NCBI GenBank assembly: GCA_963767505.1
Contig: CAVYDV010000003.1
Coordinates: forward strand, 64,890-128,889
Reading direction: 5' to 3'
Origin: an uncultured Thermoleophilia bacterium
GTDB taxonomy: Bacteria > Actinomycetota > Thermoleophilia > UBA2241
Length of the DNA stretch: 64,000 nt
Notes under the pieces: generated by a model
Database searches by the model: none
The model's input: only the letters and a program-made list of their open reading frames with translations
Told to the model about the DNA's origin: nothing
Position numbers and translations under genes: made by a program
Shown here: one piece after another, positions 12,798 to 25,701 of the stretch
Layout: each line of letters opens with the position of its first letter
Position numbering within the stretch: position 1 is the stretch's first letter

Positions 12798-13101
12798 CTA
12801 TCTGCCCCGGGACGTTCTGGCCTTCGGCGCAGGGAGCTCGCGCACCGTCAGCCTCACCACCTGGGTCAACCACTCGCGATCATCGATCCCGTCCTCGATC
12901 AGGAAGTGGGGCTTGGCGCTCGGGTAGCGAGGCGACTCGACCGTCTCGCCGATGAAGGCCCGGCCGCCGGACGTCGGCTTGCCGAACAGCCGGTCGTCGC
13001 AGTAGATGGCGAACTCGCCGAACATCTTCCGGGACCTGATGCGGCCTGCTTCGCTCGATCTGATCACAGACGCACTCGACGAACTCCAAGTCCGAGGACA
13101 T
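12798..13101 (-). CDS. TfoX N-terminal domain protein (frameshifted in this assembly)
   Basis: ORF 12880..13101 gives MSSDLEFVECVCDQIERS..., then ORF 12798..13127 gives ...EAGRIRSRKMFGEFAIYCDDRLFGKPTSGGRAFIGETVESPRYPSAKPHFLIEDGIDDREWLTQVVRLTVRELPAPK. Joined, the two match full-length TfoX_N (PF04993) proteins. The frame junction is near 13050 within a cgaagc repeat. Confidence 0.65.
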
Positions 13102-13427
13102 GACATCACTTCACAAGTCGGTGGCAACCTGTCGCGGCGCGGTTCACGGCACCTGCTCTCGCCAGTGCTCGGGGCGGTTCAGGGCATCGGCGCAGACGAG
13201 CGTGCCGCGGGCGGAGCCGATCACCCCTGCACGAAGAGGCTGGACCATCCAGGCATCCGCGTCTTCTGCAGGAATGGGACGGCGCCGGCGCCGCGGGCCC
13301 AAGAGCCGCGGAGAGCCACATCGGGGACGTCGAAGACGCTACGTGAGCCACGGGTCCCCGGCAAGTCGGCGGCGGAACACAGGGGGTTCGAACACACAGC
13401 CTGCGCTGTGCGGGGGCCGCCGGGAAT

Positions 13428-13622
13428 CTACCTTCTCTTGCCGCGACCTCGGCGGATGGCGCCGAGCAAGGGCGAGCCGGCCCCGAGTAGGAAGCCGAAC
13501 TGGTACCATCCTCCGTCGCGCGTGACGTCGTAGACGGGGAACTGCTCCAACCACCCGAATACATGCATGATCAGCAACGGCCACGCGGTGATGCCGTTCC
13601 ACAAGCCCCACAGGAAGTCCAT
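13428..13622 (-). CDS. small (64 aa) hydrophobic membrane protein, hypothetical
   Basis: MDFLWGLWNGITAWPLLIMHVFGWLEQFPVYDVTRDGGWYQFGFLLGAGSPLLG.... Strong SD GGGGGTGAG 6 nt upstream of the ATG. Confidence 0.45.
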   Translation of the reverse strand: MDFLWGLWNGITAWPLLIMHVFGWLEQFPVYDVTRDGGWYQFGFLLGAGSPLLGAIRRGRGKRR

Positions 13623-13723
13623 GGGCGCTCACCCCCGTACTAGACCTCGGTGGGCGGACCGATGGTACCACCGAAGGCACAGCACGCCCTGGCGCGCAGG
13701 GCCCGCGCCGGCTCCAGCACGCC

Positions 13724-15685
13724 TCAGCCCCCGGTCGCCCCGCGTTTCTCGGCCTTCTTGCGCTGCTCGCCGCCGAGGATGTGCTTGCGCACGCGGATCG
13801 ACTTGGGTGTGACCTCGACGAGCTCGTCGGCGGCGATCCACTCGAGAGCGCTCTCCAGAGTAAGCGGACGCGGCACCTTCAGACCCGTGTCGATCTCCTT
13901 GGTGGAGGAGCGATAGTTGCCGAGCTGCTTGCGTTTCGTGGGGTTGCAGAGCATGTCGTCGGCACGCGAGTTCTCCCCGATGATCATCCCTTCGTAGACG
14001 GGTTCCATCGGGCTCACGAAGAGGATCGCGCGCTGCTGGAGGTTCTCCAGTGAGTAGCTCGCGGCCTCACCGAAAGTCTGGCTCACGAGAGAGCCGCGCT
14101 CGCGGCCCGGCAGCTCCCCCCGCCAAGGGCCGTAGCCCGTGAACCGCGAGCTCATCACGCCCAAGCCACGCGTCTCGGTGAGGAAGTCGTTGCGGTAGCC
14201 GATAAGGCCTCGAGTCGAGATCGCAAGCTCGAGGCGCACGAGTCCGGTCCCACTCGACTCCACAGCCAGCAGTTCGCCCTTGCGCTGGCTCAGCTCCTGG
14301 ATCACCGTACCTTGATACTCGTCCGGCACGTCGATGATGAGCTGCTCCATGGGCTCGAGCAGTCTGCCACTCCCGTCGTGATGGGTGATGACTTCCGGTC
14401 GGCTGACGCAGATCTCGAGCCCCTCGCGGCGCATCTCCTCGATGAGAATGGCGAGGTGCAGCTCGCCGCGGCCACTCACCTTGACGCCATCGGGACGACC
14501 GAGGTCCTCAACCCGGAGGGCGACATTGACGCGCAGCTCACGATCCAGCCGGGCCTTGATCTGACGCAGTGTGGCGGCCCGGCCGTCCTTGCCGGCAAAG
14601 GGTCCGTTGTTCACGAGGAAGAACATGCTCACCGTCGGCTCCTCGATCTCAAGCGGCGGCAGCGCCACTCCAGCCGCCTCCGGGCCGGGAGCCGTCAGCG
14701 TGTCGCCGAGCGAGATGTCCGAAGGACCCGCGAGCCAGACGATGTCGCCCGCGGCGACATCGTCGACCTCACGGTTCTCGAGGCCACGCGTGACCCAGAG
14801 GTGCGACGTACGCGCAGCCTCCACGCCCGCGACCTCCCAGCCGGCAGCCGGGTCTCCGCGCTGCAGATGGCGAGTCGTCACGCGCTGCAGCTCGTCTCCC
14901 ACCTTGAGGGCGCCCTGCAGGACACGCCCACAGCCGATGCGCCCGATGTAGTCGCTCCAGGCAAGCGTGCTCACCTGCATCAGGAAGGGCGCGTCCTGGT
15001 CGACCCGCGGCGCAGGGACCTCGGCGATGATCGTCTCGAAGAGGTCGTTCATGCCCGCGTCGGCCAGCTCGGCGAGCAGCGCGGGCGAAAGCCCGCCGCT
15101 GCCGTCGCGGAGATGCTCCTCGCGGTCGTGCTCCTCGCGCTGGTACTCGTCCAGATCGTTCACGATCCAGCCCTCGAGACCCGAGCCGTAGAGCACGGGG
15201 AAGTCGAGCTGCTCGTTGCTGGCACCGAGTTCGACGAACAGGTCGAAGGTCTTGTCGAGGGCCCCGGACGGGTCGGCGTTGGGCCGGTCCGCCTTGTTGA
15301 CGACGACGATAGGTCGCAGCCCGAAGCGCAGAGCCCGCATCAGCACGTAGCGAGTCTGAGGCATCGGACCCTCGTTCGCGTCGACCAGAAGAAGCACGGA
15401 GTCGACCATGCTGAGCACTCGCTCGACCTCGCCGCTGAAGTCCGCGTGCCCGGGCGTGTCGATGATGTTGATCAGGTAGTCCTTCCACTCCACCGTGCAG
15501 TGCTTGGAGCGGATCGTGATGCCGCGCTCGCGCTCGAGGTCGTTGCTGTCCATGACGCGCGCATCGACGTGAGCGCTCTCGCGGAAGACGTGCGCGACGC
15601 GGAAGATGCTGTCGATCAGCGTGGTCTTGCCATGGTCGATGTGGGCGATGATGGCGAGATTGCGGATCTTGCTGACGGCGTGCAC
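13724..15685 (-). CDS. typA: translational GTPase TypA/BipA
   Basis: 653 aa starting [26 protein letters not shown], with G-domain motifs and an EF-G-like domain order. The frame is intact. Confidence 0.95.
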   Translation of the reverse strand: MHAVSKIRNLAIIAHIDHGKTTLIDSIFRVAHVFRESAHVDARVMDSNDLERERGITIRSKHCTVEWKDYLINIIDTPGHADFSGEVERVLSMVDSVLLLVDANEGPMPQTRYVLMRALRFGLRPIVVVNKADRPNADPSGALDKTFDLFVELGASNEQLDFPVLYGSGLEGWIVNDLDEYQREEHDREEHLRDGSGGLSPALLAELADAGMNDLFETIIAEVPAPRVDQDAPFLMQVSTLAWSDYIGRIGCGRVLQGALKVGDELQRVTTRHLQRGDPAAGWEVAGVEAARTSHLWVTRGLENREVDDVAAGDIVWLAGPSDISLGDTLTAPGPEAAGVALPPLEIEEPTVSMFFLVNNGPFAGKDGRAATLRQIKARLDRELRVNVALRVEDLGRPDGVKVSGRGELHLAILIEEMRREGLEICVSRPEVITHHDGSGRLLEPMEQLIIDVPDEYQGTVIQELSQRKGELLAVESSGTGLVRLELAISTRGLIGYRNDFLTETRGLGVMSSRFTGYGPWRGELPGRERGSLVSQTFGEAASYSLENLQQRAILFVSPMEPVYEGMIIGENSRADDMLCNPTKRKQLGNYRSSTKEIDTGLKVPRPLTLESALEWIAADELVEVTPKSIRVRKHILGGEQRKKAEKRGATGG

Positions 15686-15821
15686 GGTCGCGGTCTTTCT
15701 GTCGGGGTGGCGGGCAGCTGGCGGCCCACGGCTGACGTCCGGCGGCTCAGCGCCACCCAGACGGTTCCTTCAGTGTACACGCCGCGCGAGCCGGCGTCGC
15801 CCGAGCACGGTGGGGCGACGG

Positions 15822-16199
15822 TCAGGATGCGGCCAGCAGGCCTATGATCGCGGCAGCGCCAGGCGGCACCGCGACGAACAGGAGCCGGAAGCCACTGGAC
15901 GCTTCCTCCGCCTCAGCCCCAGCGGCGCCATCATCCGGCTGCAAGGCGCTCTCCCGGGCAGCAAGCTCGTTCGGATCAAGTGGCCCCGCCCAGAGCTCGG
16001 CGGAGGCGCGCGCCACGCCGGGCGGGCGACGCTTGTCGGCACCCAGTACCGAGCCCCTGGCCACGACGATGATCAGAAGCGCCAAGGCACCGTTGAGGGG
16101 CACGAACAGCCTCCAGTCGCCGCCGATGAGGAGCACCGGTGTGGTGCCGATCCCCACGAGCCCGCTGCCCACAATCAGTCTGATCGCTGCCTTCTTCAT
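15822..16199 (-). CDS. hypothetical membrane protein (about 3 TM helices)
   Basis: MKKAAIRLIVGSGLVGIGTTPVLLIGG...LALLIIVVARG...LLFVAVPPGAAAIIGLLAAS. Its ATG overlaps the vanZ-like stop (ATGA). Confidence 0.4.
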   Translation of the reverse strand: MKKAAIRLIVGSGLVGIGTTPVLLIGGDWRLFVPLNGALALLIIVVARGSVLGADKRRPPGVARASAELWAGPLDPNELAARESALQPDDGAAGAEAEEASSGFRLLFVAVPPGAAAIIGLLAAS

Positions 16200-16781
16200 G
16201 GCCCTCCCACAGATGCGCCGGCTCGGGGGCGTGGAGACAAGGGCCCACTCACATATGGCCTCAGGAGAGAAAAGACCGAGAAGCCGAGCAGTATCCCGAG
16301 GAAGTTGAGCAGCACATCGTCCAGCTCAGTCAACCGGTAGGAGTAGCCAAGCAGAAGCGAGACAGCGAGCTGGCTCAGCTCGATGGCGATCGGAAAGAGC
16401 AGGGCGGCAACAGCCATGCGCCGCCACGACGACAGCCGCGGCGCAGCGAACGGCAGCAGGAACCCGAAGGGAGCCAGGGTGACGACGTTGCCTCCCAGAA
16501 TCCACACTTGGGCAAACTCCGTGCTGTCTCGCAGAGTGTCGCGAATCGAGGTGAGGGGAACGAGATTCAACCGAGAACTCCTGGCCGACGGCCTCGACGC
16601 GCACCACAGCGGCCCGAATCGGCAAGGGGAAGAGCGTCGCGCCGACCACCCAGCCCAGGTAAAGCACGAAGAGTATGCGCATGGTGACGACGAAGGCTGG
16701 CTGTCCGCCACGGGCCGCCCTCCACCCCACGAGAAGAGCACAACCTGCCGCGAAGGGGTATACGACGACACCGGTGAGCAT
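16196..16781 (-). CDS. VanZ-like family protein (frameshifted near 16575)
   Basis: N-terminal TM helices and the LFPLP motif lie in the frame of ORF 16326..16901 (MLTGVVVYPFAAGC...MRILFVLYLGWVVGATLFPLPI). The conserved NLVPLTSIRD...FGFLLPFAAP...IELSQL...DVLLNFLGILLGF part lies in the frame of ORF 16196..16978. SD GGAGG precedes the ATG at 16781. Confidence 0.7.
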
Positions 16782-17050
16782 GGACCTCCAGACTGCCTGG
16801 CGGAAGGTTCCAAGACTATCGCGCCGCAGCTGCCGGCACCGCCCAAGGGGCGGGCCCGGTGGTGCGGCCGACGACCACGCCCAGCCGCTCCTCCACACCA
16901 CGATTCTGCTATGGTGCTCTCCAGTGTCGCGACGGCCCGAGCTTGCCCATCATCGCAACCTGCCCGGATTGGGTACAATACTCGGGAAGCACTCCCTTCC
17001 GAGCCCCGCAGGGCACACGGAAGGGCAAGTTCGAACTGGAGGAGTGTGCC

Positions 17051-17227
17051 ATGATCTGGGTGCTCGCCGCCCTCATTATCTTCGGCGTCGTTATCTGGCG
17101 ACTGGTTCGGCTCGAGGCGCTAAGCCGTCAGCAGACCGTGGTCATCGAGGAGCTGCACCAGCGTGTGTGGCAGCTGGAAGACCTTGTCGCGATGCTGCAT
17201 CAGAAGCGCCAGTCGCGTCCCGAGTAG
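17051..17227 (+). CDS. small (58 aa) single-TM coiled-coil protein, hypothetical
   Basis: MIWVLAALIIFGVVIWRLVRLEALSRQQTVVIEELHQRVWQLEDLVAMLHQKRQSRPE, with SD GGAGG 8 nt upstream. Confidence 0.45.
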   Translation: MIWVLAALIIFGVVIWRLVRLEALSRQQTVVIEELHQRVWQLEDLVAMLHQKRQSRPE

Positions 17228-17371
17228 CGCCTCCCCCCGCAGCGGACGCGCGGCGGAAGGCCCGAGAAGGTCGATTCCCACCGGCCGTCATCGAGCGTAC
17301 CGCCGCCGATCTCATCGTTCCGTCCGGCTCGACAAGCTTGGCCTGCCACGGCCGTCTGGTACGCTTCCACG

Positions 17372-18095
17372 ATGCTCCGCGCCGTCACTTTCGATTTCTG
17401 GAACACGCTCTTCGTCGACCTCAGCGGCCACGAGCGCGAGAGACGTCGGGCCGACGTCCTCCAGGCAGAGCTGAAGCGCGCGGGCCTTCACCACCCTGTC
17501 GCGGTCGTAGACGAGGCGCTTCGCACGGGCTTCGGATTCTTCGATCGTGTCTGGCTCCTTGAACAGCGCACGCCCAGCTGCGCGGAGATCGTCGACAGCA
17601 TCCTCAGCGCACTGAGCGCACGGCTCCCCGTCGACGCCCAGGACCGGATCGTCGAGGAGTTCGAGCGGATGGTCCTCGATCTGCCGCCGAAGACCAATGG
17701 CCGGCGCCCGGGAGATCGTGCAAAGGCTGAGCAAGAATCACCGTCTCGCCGTCGTCTGCGACACAGGCTACTCCCCCGGCTGGGCCCTGCGAGAGGTCCT
17801 CGAGCGCCATCGTATGCTCGGCGGCTTCGAGTACCTCTTCTTCTCGAACGAGCATGGCATGAGCAAGCCGGACGTCCGCGTCTTTCAGCGCACTCTGGGC
17901 GAACTCGGTGTGTCCGCTCGCGAGGCCGCCCACGTTGGCGACATCCAGCGCACCGACATAGCCGGCGCCCAGGCCGCCGGCATGACCGCCATCCACTTCA
18001 TCGGCGCCAACCATCGCGACGAACCGCACTCGAGCGCCGATGCCATCGTGCGGCACTTCAACCAACTGCCGAGAGCGCTTCGCAAGCTCGCTTGA
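17372..18095 (+). CDS. HAD family hydrolase (frameshifted near 17690)
   Basis: Motif I (MLRAVTFDFWNTLFVD) lies in the frame of ORF 17372... Motifs II-IV (LAVVCDTG, SNEHGMSKPD, HVGDIQRTDIAGAQAAGMTAIHF) lie in the frame of ORF 17697..18095. Confidence 0.75.
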
Positions 18096-18773
18096 AGACC
18101 CCGATCATGTCCGCTTCCTCCATCGGCCACGCATGCAGCAAACTCGCCGCGAGAGACCGCTGAGGAGCCGGAACTGAAGCGTCGCGAGCCGATCGACACC
18201 GTCTTCCTCGACTGGGGGAACACCCTGATGGTCGACGACGGTGCGCAGGACGGGCCCATGGTGACGTGGACGCACGTGGCGGCCATGCCCGGGGCGCACG
18301 AGGCACTGCACAGGCTGCGCCCCCGCTACCGGCTCGTCGTCGCCACCAACGCGGAGGAATCCGGCGTGCAGGAGGTGCGAGCCGCTCTGACGCGCGTAGG
18401 GCTCGACGCACTCGTCGACGACGTCGTCAGCTCTCGCGACGTCGGTGCTCGCAAGCCCGACCCAGCCTTCTTCCGTGCCGCGCTGCGAGCTGCCTCCGTA
18501 GGACAGCCACCGGCGCCGCGACGCGCCGTCATGGTGGGCGATTCATGGAGCAACGACGTCGCGGGTGCCAGAGCAGCGGGGCTGCGCGCGGTTTGGCTCA
18601 ACCCGTCGCGCGCCGGGCGCCCCTGCGGCGCGCCCGGGCCGGATGCCGAGATCCGCGGACTCTTCGAGCTGCCGAGGGCTCTCGAAGGACTCGACTGCCC
18701 ACCCGGCGACCGGCGGGCGCACGACTGGGAGCGCGGGAGTCCCGGCCGCCGTCTCTGCCCAGAATCGCGAGCC

Positions 18774-20821
<2,048 letters not shown>

Positions 20822-21003
20822 CGACTCGCCTGCCGCGGGCGGCGAAGCGCTCTTGGCGCATGCGCCTTGTGAGCGGCGCCGCAGGACCGAGGAGCGAAGA
20901 GAGAGCGGCCACTCGCCGGGGTCGCCGGCAAGCGTTGTGGGGCAACACTCGTTTCTGGTAGCGTACCGCATCCACCCCCGACAGACGGAAAGCCCGAAGC
21001 GAC

Positions 21004-21958
21004 ATGCCACAGCTGCGCATCGTCGTCCTCGTCAAGCAGGTCCCGGACACGCAGAACGTGACCGGCGAGGCCATGAAAGAGGATGGCACGATCAACCGGT
21101 CGGCTCTGCCGGCTGTGTTCAACCCCGAAGACCTCAATGCGCTCGAGGAGGCGCTGCGCCTCCAGGAGCGTCACGGCGCGCGCGTCACGGTCGATCACGA
21201 TGGGTCCCCCAGCCGCCGTTCAGGTCCTGCGCGAGTCGCTCTACCGGGGCGCGGACGAAGTCATCCTGCTGACCGACAGGGCGTTCGCCGGCGCCGACAC
21301 GCTCGCCACCAGCTACGCGCTCTCCCGGGCCATTCTGAAGCTGGAGGGCTGCGATTTGATTCTCTGCGGCCGCCAGGCGATCGACGGCGACACCGCCCAG
21401 GTGGGGCCGCAGACCGCCGAGAAGCTCGGCGTGCCGCAGATCACCTGCGTGAGCCGCATCGACGAGCTGGTCCCCCCCGGCGTCACCGCACAGTCCGGCG
21501 CCGAGACCGCCGACGGCCGGGGTCTCGTCACCGCGACGCGCTCCATCGAGGGCGGCTTCGAGACCCTCTCCTCCTCGCTGCCCTGCTTGCTGACCGTCAC
21601 CGGCGAAGCCAACGAGCCGCGGTCGGCCAGCGTGAAGCTCGTCATGACCTACAAGAACGTCTCCGCGGAGGCGTTGCCCGAGTACGACGACAGCTATCTC
21701 GACCCGGAGAGCGACGCCGCCGAGGTGTGCATGATCGCACGCGACGGTCGCCCCGTGTGCCGGGCGCGGGTCGTGCAATGGGACCATGAAGCCATTGCCG
21801 CCGACCGCGAACTGCTCGGCCTGCGCGGTTCGCCCACGCGCGTGAAGGAGATCGAAAGCGTCGTGCTCGCACAGAGCGAAGCGCGCATGGTGGAGCCCGA
21901 CGAAGCGGCGATCACAGATCTTGTGCACGAGCTGATCGAGGAGCACATCCTTGGCTAG
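21004..21958 (+). CDS. etfB: electron transfer flavoprotein beta subunit (1-nt insertion frameshift near 21193)
   Basis: MPQLRIVVLVKQVPDTQNVTG...NPEDLNALEEALRL. The sequence continues in the +1 frame as ITMGPPAAVQVLRESLYRGADEVILLTD...LILCGRQAIDGDTAQVGPQ. Confidence 0.9.
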
Positions 21959-23095
21959 CGTGGATCAGACGAAGACGCCGGCCGGCGACGTCTGGGTCTT
22001 CGTCGAGCAGCACGACGGCACGGCGGCCGAGGTCAGTCTTGAGCTGCTCGGCCGAGCACGCGAGCTGGCCGACACGCTCGGTGCAGGGGTCGGCGCCGTA
22101 CTGGCCGGCTCGGGCGAGACGGTGCAGGGCAGTGGCTCCCGCCCTCATCGCCCGAGGCGTCGATGTCGTCTACCTCGCCGACGACGACGCGTTCGCCCCG
22201 TACATCGCCCTTCCGTACACTCGCCTGCTCTGCCACCTGATCGGCGCCCACCGGCCCCAGATCGTCCTGTACGGCGCCACGACCACTGGGCGCGATCTCG
22301 CACCGCGCGTGGCGAGCGCCCTGCGCACCGGCCTCACGGCCGATTGCACCGACCTGCGCATCGGCGATCACACGGCGAAGGACACGGAGTACCACGACCT
22401 GCTCTTCCAGATCCGCCCAGCCTTCGGCGGCAACATCATCGCCACCATCATCAGCCCCGAGCACCGGCCCCAGATGGCGACAGTCCGTGAAGGCGTCATG
22501 GTGATGCCCACAGCCGACCCAGGGCGCACCGGTGCCATCGTGGAGCGTCGACGTCCAGCGCGCCGGCGACGCATCCGACGGAGATGCCTCCGACGGCGTC
22601 GTCCAGCTCACCGACGCCGACTTCGCAGTGCGCCTCGTGCGGCGAGTCCAGGAGGAGAAGAGGGTCGACCTCAAGGGGGCGCGGGTCGTCGTGTCCGGGG
22701 GCGTGGGTGCCGGCTCGCGCGATGGCTTCGCACTGGTCGAAGAGCTGGCCCGCACTCTGGGCGGCGTCGTGGGGGCCAGCCGAGCGGCCGTCGACGCCGG
22801 CTGGGTGAGTCACGATCATCAGGTCGGTCAGACCGGCACCACGGTGCGCCCGAAGCTCTACATCGCCTGCGGCATCAGCGGCTCTGTCCAGCATCGTGCC
22901 GGCATGGACCAGAGCGCGCGCATCCTGGCGATCAACGAGGACCCCGGGGCTCCGATCTTCTCGATCGCCCACTACGGCATCGTCGGCGATCTGCGCAAGG
23001 TCGTCCCGCTCCTCATCGCGGCCTACAAGTCGAAGGGCGGCGACCATTCGGCGGTGGCCGCAGCGAACGGCAGAATGCCGGAAGCCGCATCGTGA
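21951..23095 (+). CDS. etfA: electron transfer flavoprotein alpha subunit (two frameshifts, near 22130 and 22540)
   Basis: Three frames carry [23 protein letters not shown]..., then [14 protein letters not shown]...[16 protein letters not shown]...FGGNIIATI, then the FAD-binding C-terminus [10 protein letters not shown]...SRAAVDAGW...[18 protein letters not shown]...[13 protein letters not shown]. Confidence 0.9.
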
Positions 23096-24834
23096 GCAAC
23101 TTCTACACCGACAACGCGGATCTGCAGGCGACGCTGAGGCGCCTCGACCTCGCGCGTATCGTCGCGCCTGCGTGAGGACGACTTCCGACAGGCCGAGGAC
23201 TTCTCCTACGCCCCGCGCGACCATGAGGACGCCATCGACTCGTACGAGCGTGCGCTGACGATAGTCGGCGAGATCGCGGGGGAGTTCATCGAGCCGCGCG
23301 CAGAGGCGGTCGATCGCGCCGGCAGCGAGCTGATCGACGGCGAGGTGTGCTACGCGCCCGGCATCGAGGAGGCGCTCGAGCGCCTGAGGCAGGCCGACCT
23401 GATGGGGATCACCCTGCCGCGCGCCTACGGCGGCCTCAACTTCCCCGCCTCGATCGGCGTGATGATCGTTGAGATGGTCTCGCGGGCCGACCCGGCGCTC
23501 ATGAACATCTTCGGCTTGCAGGACATCGCCGAGACCGTCAACAAGTTCGCCTCGGACGAGATCAAGAGCGCCTATCTGCCGCGCTTCGCGAGCGGAGAGG
23601 TGACGGGGTCGATGGCACTGACCGAGCCGGAAGCCGGCAGCGATCTCCAGAACGTCCAGCTCAAGGCGACCGAGGCAGGAGACGGCACCTGGCGGCTCAA
23701 CGGCGTGAAGCGCTTCATCACGAACGGCTGCGGCCGCATCTCGCTCGTCCTCGCCCGCTCGGAAGAAGGGACGACCGACGCCCGCGGCCTCTCGATGTTC
23801 CTCTACGAACGCGACGAGCACATGCGCATCCGTCGGCTGGAGGACAAGCTCGGCATCCACGGGTCGCCGACCTGCGAACTGCAGTTCGATGACGCTCCGG
23901 CGCTGCTCGTCGGCGACCGCCGGCGTGGGCTCACGACGTACGTCATGAGCCTCATGAACGGCGCCCGCATCGCCATCGCCGCGCAGGCCCAGGGCATCGC
24001 AGAGGCGGCCTATCGCGCAGCGGCCAAGTACGCGGGTGAGCGCGTGCAGTTCGGGGCGCCGATCGGCGAGCTGACGGCCGTCCGGGCCATGCTCGCCGAC
24101 ATGAAGGTCGAGCTGGAAGCGGCGCGTGCGCTGCTCTACGAGACGGCATCGATCGTCGACATGAAAGAGTCCCTCGAACACCGCCTCTGGCACCTCGCCG
24201 GCAAGCGGCTCACATGAAGCCGGGCCGAGTCAGGTCAAGGAGCTGCGTGCCGAGCTCAAGACGTACACCCGTTTGGCGGCCCTGTTCACGCCCATGGCGA
24301 AGGCTGCCTGCACCGAGATGGCCAACCGGATCGCCTACGAATCGCTGCAGATCCACGGCGGCTCTGGCTACATGCGCGACTTCGCCGTGGAGCGGCACGC
24401 GCGCGACGCACGCATCACGAACATCTACGAGGGCACGACCCAGCTGCAGGTCGTGGCTGCTATCGGCGGCGTGCTCGGCGGCACGCTCGCCGCGCGACTT
24501 GACGAGTACGACGCCGAGGATTTCGGCGCGACGCCGGAGTTGCTCGCAGCGTGTGCGACAGGCGAACGCTCGTCTCATGGAAGCCGTGACCCGCGTACGC
24601 GAGCTCGACGACGTGCGCTTCCGCGACTTCCACGGGCGCCGACTGGTCGAGATGGCGATCGACGTGATCTGCGCCTACCTCGTCCTGCGCTCTGCCCAGG
24701 ACGACTCACGCAAGCTCCTGGCGGCCCAGTACTTCGTCGACGCCATGGAAGCTCGCGTCGAGGGCGCCGCGACCCGCGTCCTCAGCGGCGACCCCGCCGC
24801 CCTGGACGCGCTCGCCCAGCTGGGGACGGGCTGA
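23092..24834 (+). CDS. FadE-like acyl-CoA dehydrogenase with N-terminal extension and ACAD C-terminal domain (three frameshifts, near 23170, 24215 and 24555)
   Basis: The GTG start overlaps the etfA stop (GTGA). Frames give [15 protein letters not shown]..., then ...[12 protein letters not shown]...[12 protein letters not shown]...RFITNGCG...[11 protein letters not shown], then ...[37 protein letters not shown], then the ACAD_C-like tail [10 protein letters not shown]...[25 protein letters not shown]. Confidence 0.85.
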
Positions 24835-24941
24835 ACGAACGCTCAAGCCACCGTGCGCATCGGCCGATACTTGAATCACGATTCCCCCCCAGAGGGCCGT
24901 GACAAGCTAGCCAGCCGGTCGCGGCCCTTCCCCCTTCTCTG

Positions 24942-25190
24942 GTGGCCACCCCCGCCATTTGTTACAGTGACACCTCTTCTACCGCGAGGGCCGCAGTGAT
25001 CTATTGCATCGTGCCACCGGAGCTCGGGGATGCGGCGTTCCGCCGACTCGTCGAGCACTATGAGGACAACCCGAACGTGAAGGTCCTCCTCGAGCGCCGC
25101 AAGAGCGAGCGTCGCAGCGACCGTTCTGGAGGCGCAGCGCGTACTACGCGGGACCGCCGCCAGCACGGTGGCGGCGCCTCCGAGGTCTAG
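24942..25190 (+). CDS. small basic-tailed hypothetical protein (about 64-82 aa)
   Basis: ...VIYCIVPPELGDAAFRRLVEHYEDNPNVKVLLERRKSERRSDRSGG.... Third-position GC is high. It sits between the ACAD and thioesterase genes on the same strand, and the start is ambiguous (GTG at 24942 or an internal GTG). Confidence 0.3.
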   Translation: MATPAICYSDTSSTARAAVIYCIVPPELGDAAFRRLVEHYEDNPNVKVLLERRKSERRSDRSGGAARTTRDRRQHGGGASEV

Positions 25191-25221
25191 GGCCCGTTCG
25201 GGGGAACGCGTGGACGACAGC

Positions 25222-25701
25222 ATGAAGCCGTTGCCACGAGGGAGCGAGACGAGCCTCGTCCTCACCCACCTGATGATGCCGGCTGACTCCAACTACATGG
25301 GCAACATCCACGGCGGCATCATCATGAAGCTCATCGATGAGGCGGCGGCGGCCTGCGCCTACCGATTCTGCCGAAGCAACGTCGCGACGGCGGCCATAGA
25401 CCGCATCGACTTCCACCACCCCGTGCAGATCGGCGACCTTGTGCGTCTACGGGCCAACGTCAACTACGCTGGGCGCACCTCCATGGAGGTCGGCGTCCGG
25501 GTGGAGGCGGAGGACCTGCGCAGCGGCCGCGTGACACACACCAACTCGGCCTACGTCGTGTTCGTTGCGGTCAACGAGAGCGGCCGGCCGATCCCCGTGC
25601 CGCCGCTGATTCCCACGACGGATGAGAAGAGGGCCTGGCGTGCCGCTGCCGAGAAGCGACGCATGAAACGGCTCGAGGAGCGCCAGCCGGCCGACGACTG
25701 A
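25222..25701 (+). CDS. acyl-CoA thioesterase (hotdog fold, YciA-like)
   Basis: MKPLPRGSETSLVLTHLMMPADSNYMGNIHGGIIMKLIDEAAAACA...VNYAGRTSMEVGVRVEAED. 159 aa. Confidence 0.8.
   Translation: MKPLPRGSETSLVLTHLMMPADSNYMGNIHGGIIMKLIDEAAAACAYRFCRSNVATAAIDRIDFHHPVQIGDLVRLRANVNYAGRTSMEVGVRVEAEDLRSGRVTHTNSAYVVFVAVNESGRPIPVPPLIPTTDEKRAWRAAAEKRRMKRLEERQPADD

Noticed and set aside
13381-13400. tRNA-like GGTTCGAAC (T-loop-like) string
   Set aside because: Flanking sequence cannot form T-stem, acceptor or anticodon arms on either strand. No other tRNA features are present. No tRNA or rRNA genes were found anywhere in the window.
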